Position numbers and translations under genes: made by a program. Under the pieces are notes generated by a model that did no database searches, had not been told where the DNA came from, and worked only from the letters and a program-made list of their open reading frames with translations. Positions 60,068 to 64,000 of a DNA stretch of 64,000 nucleotides are shown here, piece by piece. The stretch's first letter is position 1, and each line of letters begins with the position of its first letter. Origin of the DNA: Caldisericia bacterium (GTDB lineage: Bacteria; Caldisericota; Caldisericia; JAAYUI01); NCBI GenBank assembly GCA_963674785.1, contig OY771555.1, forward strand, positions 800,001-864,000. Direction: 5' to 3'.

Positions 60068-61528
60068 CTAAATCTCCTTTTTTCTAAGTTGTGGGAACAT
60101 CAAGACTTCTCTGATACTGACTTGATTTGTAAGCAGCATTACGAGTCTATCAATTCCGATTCCAAGTCCTCCTGTAGGTGGCATTCCAACACCAAGTGCT
60201 TCAACGTAGTCTGTATCAATTTCGTGTGACTCATCGTCACCGGATTTTTTAAGTCTGCTCTGAGAGGTGAATCTTTCAAGCTGATCGACTGGGTCGTTAA
60301 GCTCTGAGAAGGCGTTTCCAATCTCGAGTCCATTGATAATAAATTGGAACCTCTCAACGTATTTATCAGAACCGGGGATGAGTTTTGCAAGTGGTGACAT
60401 CTCGATTGGATAGTCATAGATAAATGTTGGCTGGATGAGATTTACTACAACCTTCTTCTTGAAGACTTCATCACAGTAGCCCTTGAAGTTCAAGGCCTTT
60501 TCCATCTTGATGCCTTCTTTCTTGATGTAGTCCATTGCAAATTTCTCATCTCTCAGGTCTTCAATACTTATACCCGCAAACTGCTTGAATGATTCCTCCA
60601 TGGTGATTCGCTTCCATGGGGACGCGAAGTTGATTTCTTTGTCCTGGTAGGTTACCGATTCTTTGCCAGTTACACTCTTTACAACCGATGAGACAAGCTG
60701 CTCTGAAATATCCATCATTCCATGGTAGTCAGACCATGCCTCGTAGAGTTCGAGCATTGTGAATTCTGGGTTGTGGAACAGGGAAATACCTTCATTTCTG
60801 AAGCATTTGCCTACTTCAAAAATCTTCGTCATTCCACCAACAATCAGTCTTTTCAGGTAAAGCTCAGGAGCGATTCTCATGTACAGATCCATATCGAGAG
60901 TGTTGTGATGGGTTTCAAATGGTTTTGCTAAAGCTCCACCATAAAGTGGCTGAAGGATGGGGGTTTCTACCTCTTCGTAATCTTTGCTCCAGAGGAATTC
61001 TCTTACCGCCTTGACAACAAGACCTCTTGTTTTGAATCTTGAAAGAACATCGGGGTCTGAGATCATGTCCATATGACGTTTTCTGTATCTAATCTCAGAA
61101 TCTGTAAGTCCGTGGAATTTTTCAGGAAGTGGGATGAGTGCCTTGTTTGCCCACTGGAATTTTGTCACTTCAACTGAAATCTCTTCAGTTCTAGTTTTAA
61201 AAAGTGTTCCTGATGCAACAACGATGTCACCTATATCGAGACCTTTTTTTATAAGCTCATATTCTTCTTCGCCAACGGCGTCAACCCTGACATAAATCTG
61301 AATTTCACCGACACCGTCACGGAGTACAATAAACCTTGCCTTGCCGTGTCCTCGAATAGCCATGACTCTTCCGCCGACAGCAACAACTGTTTTGTTTTCT
61401 GACAGATTTTCAAAATCCGCTTTCAGGTCTGTGGAAAGCGAAAGCTCCATATCAACTCGTGGTGGATACGGAGCAACTCCTCGACTTACCAAGAAATCGA
61501 GCTTGTCCTTCATTGATTCGTTAAACAT
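60068..61528 (-). CDS. lysS: Lysine--tRNA ligase (class II)
   Basis: LPEKFHGL, YMRIAPELYLKRL, FRNEG..HNPEFT, GMPPTGGLGIGIDRL. Confidence 0.98.
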   Translation of the reverse strand: MFNESMKDKLDFLVSRGVAPYPPRVDMELSLSTDLKADFENLSENKTVVAVGGRVMAIRGHGKARFIVLRDGVGEIQIYVRVDAVGEEEYELIKKGLDIGDIVVASGTLFKTRTEEISVEVTKFQWANKALIPLPEKFHGLTDSEIRYRKRHMDMISDPDVLSRFKTRGLVVKAVREFLWSKDYEEVETPILQPLYGGALAKPFETHHNTLDMDLYMRIAPELYLKRLIVGGMTKIFEVGKCFRNEGISLFHNPEFTMLELYEAWSDYHGMMDISEQLVSSVVKSVTGKESVTYQDKEINFASPWKRITMEESFKQFAGISIEDLRDEKFAMDYIKKEGIKMEKALNFKGYCDEVFKKKVVVNLIQPTFIYDYPIEMSPLAKLIPGSDKYVERFQFIINGLEIGNAFSELNDPVDQLERFTSQSRLKKSGDDESHEIDTDYVEALGVGMPPTGGLGIGIDRLVMLLTNQVSIREVLMFPQLRKKEI

Positions 61529-61533
61529 ATATA

Positions 61534-62022
61534 TTATGCCCTTCTGACTTTAATTATCCTGTATTTTTTAACAGCTTTTGGAGACTTGACCATAACAATG
61601 TCTCCGGTTTTTTTACCGAGAAGCATTGCTCCGATTGGGGATTTGTTGCTGATGTGACCTTTTTCTGGGTCTGATTCGTAGCTACCAACAATCTTGTATG
61701 TGATCTCTTTGTTTACAACAAGATCAATCATGGTGACCTTGCATCCAATTCCGATCTCGTTTACATCAACATCTGATTTTTCAACAATCTCACAATCATT
61801 AAGGATTGCCTCAAGGTGCTGGATTCTGCCCTCAATAAAAGACTGGTCTCTTCTTGCTTCTTCGTACTCAGCGTTTTCTGAGAGGTCGCCGTGCTGTTTC
61901 GCGGTTCTGATTCTATCGGCAATCTCTGGTCTCTTATTTTCTTTAAGATCAGTAAGCTCGGCAACGAGTTTATCGTGACCCTCTTTTGTGAGGATATACG
62001 CAGTTTTATCACTATAATCCAT
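61534..62022 (-). CDS. greA: Transcription elongation factor GreA
   Basis: HGDLSENAEYEEA, ISNKSPIG..LLG. Confidence 0.97.
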   Translation of the reverse strand: MDYSDKTAYILTKEGHDKLVAELTDLKENKRPEIADRIRTAKQHGDLSENAEYEEARRDQSFIEGRIQHLEAILNDCEIVEKSDVDVNEIGIGCKVTMIDLVVNKEITYKIVGSYESDPEKGHISNKSPIGAMLLGKKTGDIVMVKSPKAVKKYRIIKVRRA

Positions 62023-62023
62023 T

Positions 62024-62932
62024 TTAGTCCTCCTTGGTAAGGTCGATTATGTTTGGTTTGAAATCGAGTTTACCAATTATTTCTTTGTATTCATCTTCTG
62101 TGGTTTCCTGAGGAGTTTTCCCAAGGATACCACATATCATCGCTTCAATAACATTTGCGCCAAATGTTCTTCCATTCATGTCTGGTGTCACTGTGGCAAG
62201 GGTTTTTACACCACGCTTTTTGAACTCGGCTCTATTTTTCTCAGTTGTTGTATTTGTGACAACAATTTTTCCGTTCATATCCGGTGGCATGTTTTTCCAG
62301 ATATAGTGAAGGTCTCCCGCGATAACATCTGCCCAGGCAAAGAATCTGTTCTTTTTTGTACCTGGGTCATTTTGTTTTGAGCCGAGTGGATAAAGCCAGG
62401 AATATGGAAGCTTCACGATTATTGGCATAAGAACTGCTGCAAGGAAGTTTACCATTTTGAGACTTCTGATTGCGGCAGGGATTCCTAGAGAAAATGCCAG
62501 ATCCCCATATGTTGTTTTGCATCCATGATCAGAGAAGACCTTTGCAAGGTAATATCTGTCAACTGCTGTCATGACGAGTACTTTCTGGTCTGAGTTCAAA
62601 ATCCCAGAATCAAAAAGCTGATCAACTATCATCGGTTCAAGCACGGCTTTTAGGAATGCACCATCACAAACTGGTTTTTCTGGTGCTGCTTTTGACCATT
62701 TGTATGGTTCACCCATGATGTATGTTTTACCGGCGGGACGCATGTAGATGTCCCCACCTCCCATACCAAATGCCGAAACCTCTGAATCAAGTTCAGCAAA
62801 AAGCTCCATCATTTTCTTTGGGTCTCCGTCTGTTCCGATCCTGCTTATTTCAAACTTTTCACCCAACAGCTCTGTCTCGTATGAATGGTTTCTTTTAGAT
62901 GACCCCAAACTGACAGATACGATCTTCTTCAT
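62024..62932 (-). CDS. Conserved hypothetical protein (family often labelled 'quinate 5-dehydrogenase')
   Basis: VSVSLGSSKRNH, RIGTDGD, GMGG.D, LYPLG.KQ, GD.HYI, TNTTT, GRTFG.NV.EA; family recognised from memory, function unverified. Confidence 0.75.
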   Translation of the reverse strand: MKKIVSVSLGSSKRNHSYETELLGEKFEISRIGTDGDPKKMMELFAELDSEVSAFGMGGGDIYMRPAGKTYIMGEPYKWSKAAPEKPVCDGAFLKAVLEPMIVDQLFDSGILNSDQKVLVMTAVDRYYLAKVFSDHGCKTTYGDLAFSLGIPAAIRSLKMVNFLAAVLMPIIVKLPYSWLYPLGSKQNDPGTKKNRFFAWADVIAGDLHYIWKNMPPDMNGKIVVTNTTTEKNRAEFKKRGVKTLATVTPDMNGRTFGANVIEAMICGILGKTPQETTEDEYKEIIGKLDFKPNIIDLTKED

Positions 62933-62949
62933 TCCATCTTCCTTCTTTC

Positions 62950-63459
62950 CTATTTGTGCCTTATCACTTCAAATCTTTTGATTGTGATTTTCTCACCATC
63001 GTGAATTCCGGCTTTTGCTCTTGCTATTCTGAGTTGTTCTGCAACCGTGTCAACCCCTTCAAGGTCAGGTAACAGTAACCCCTTTCTCATTCCAAGGCTG
63101 ACAATCACGCCGTAAATCTTTGGATCAAGTTCTGCGATGTCATTTACCAGTTCAGGTTCAGTCAATACATCAACATTGATATCAATGTCATCCAACTCAG
63201 CTTTTGTGACAGGAGGGAATCTGGGGTCTTCAGTTGATGATGCAATCGCCATGTTTATTATTTCCTGTGCGATAGAATCTGACATTGGGGCAAATGTTCC
63301 AATGCATCCTCTGAGTCTGCCAAATTTGTGCAAGGATACGAACACCCCCGCTCTTGATTTCATATCTTCTGGCAATGGGCTTGGGGGAGAAATCTCCTTG
63401 CCTGTTGTTATATAGACTGAAATCGTTTTCCTGGCAAGCTCAGTGAATGCGTCTGGCAT
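62950..63459 (-). CDS. amrA: AmmeMemoRadiSam system protein A (AMMECR1 domain)
   Basis: [35 protein letters not shown]. Confidence 0.92.
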   Translation of the reverse strand: MPDAFTELARKTISVYITTGKEISPPSPLPEDMKSRAGVFVSLHKFGRLRGCIGTFAPMSDSIAQEIINMAIASSTEDPRFPPVTKAELDDIDINVDVLTEPELVNDIAELDPKIYGVIVSLGMRKGLLLPDLEGVDTVAEQLRIARAKAGIHDGEKITIKRFEVIRHK

Positions 63460-64000
63460 TTATGAGAACCTCTCCACGTGAATGATGTTTAGCTTGCCCA
63501 TGTGCATTGGAAGTTTTGCTGATGTCAGGTAGTATTTTACCTTCTTCTTTTCGGCGACAATGAGAGCACGCGATGCCTCTGGGAATATCCCGTATTCATC
63601 TGACAGTTTATCTGCTTTTTTCGCATCTTTGCCCATGACAGTCACTTTTTCGAGCCTATGGTCATTTAAAAGTTCCTCGGGCAGGAAGATTGATGCAGTA
63701 TGGCTGATATAGATTTTATTAAACAGATGAATCAATCCATCGTGATGAAGTCTCACAATCGCACCAGCATCTGCAACAACGCCACCGATATTCAGCTTGT
63801 TTGCAAGTTCCTGTTGGGCCGAGGTTACCGCAGGAGTTTCATTGTCAATTTTGGCAACAGCAGGAATATCAGAATCGGTGTTTGGGATAGCAACCGGCTT
63901 GATTATCTTTGATTCTCTTTTTGGAGTTTGTGGAATTGGTTTTTGTGGCTCTGGATTATATTCAGGTTCGGGTTCAGGCTCTGTGGTAATGATCTCTGGT
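63460..64000 (-). CDS. Partial hypothetical protein: Pro/Glu-rich linker plus PIN-like C-terminal domain
   Basis: Frame is open to the window edge (PEIITTEPEPEPEYNPEP...GGVVADAGAIVRLHHDGLIHLF..IYIS...ALIVAE..V.YYLT). Confidence 0.65.
   Translation of the reverse strand, partial: PEIITTEPEPEPEYNPEPQKPIPQTPKRESKIIKPVAIPNTDSDIPAVAKIDNETPAVTSAQQELANKLNIGGVVADAGAIVRLHHDGLIHLFNKIYISHTASIFLPEELLNDHRLEKVTVMGKDAKKADKLSDEYGIFPEASRALIVAEKKKVKYYLTSAKLPMHMGKLNIIHVERFS

Noticed and set aside
1-64000. tRNA, rRNA, prophage or IS transposase genes
   Set aside because: No cloverleaf or rRNA signatures and no DDE, HUH, integrase or phage structural motifs recognised by eye

Overview
Bacterial chromosomal window from an AT-rich organism. 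The many copper-amine-oxidase-N ('stalk') surface proteins suggest a Caldisericota/Firmicutes-like lineage; this is an inference. The housekeeping backbone includes iscS-iscU, dxs, copA, smc, a two-subunit fumarate hydratase, murI, lysS, greA and amrA. It is interrupted by ORFan secreted and lipoprotein genes and by defence-like genes (AbiJ/HEPN-like, KAP NTPase). No rRNA, tRNA, CRISPR array, transposase or reverse transcriptase was seen. The most striking non-gene signal is a multi-layer CGTC-type REP palindrome system with four parts. (i) ~150-bp REPIN-like doublets share a conserved spacer. (ii) The same inward-facing REP pairs bracket 1-2 accessory genes, like cargo cassettes. (iii) A second and a third small palindrome are inserted Russian-doll fashion at one exact loop position of the REP. 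(iv) 21-nt tandem tails of REP half-sites run outward. Also notable: a duplicated copA 3' end differing almost only at synonymous sites, an expanded Trp-rich beta-propeller family, and an ECF sigma/anti-sigma/surface-protein operon.
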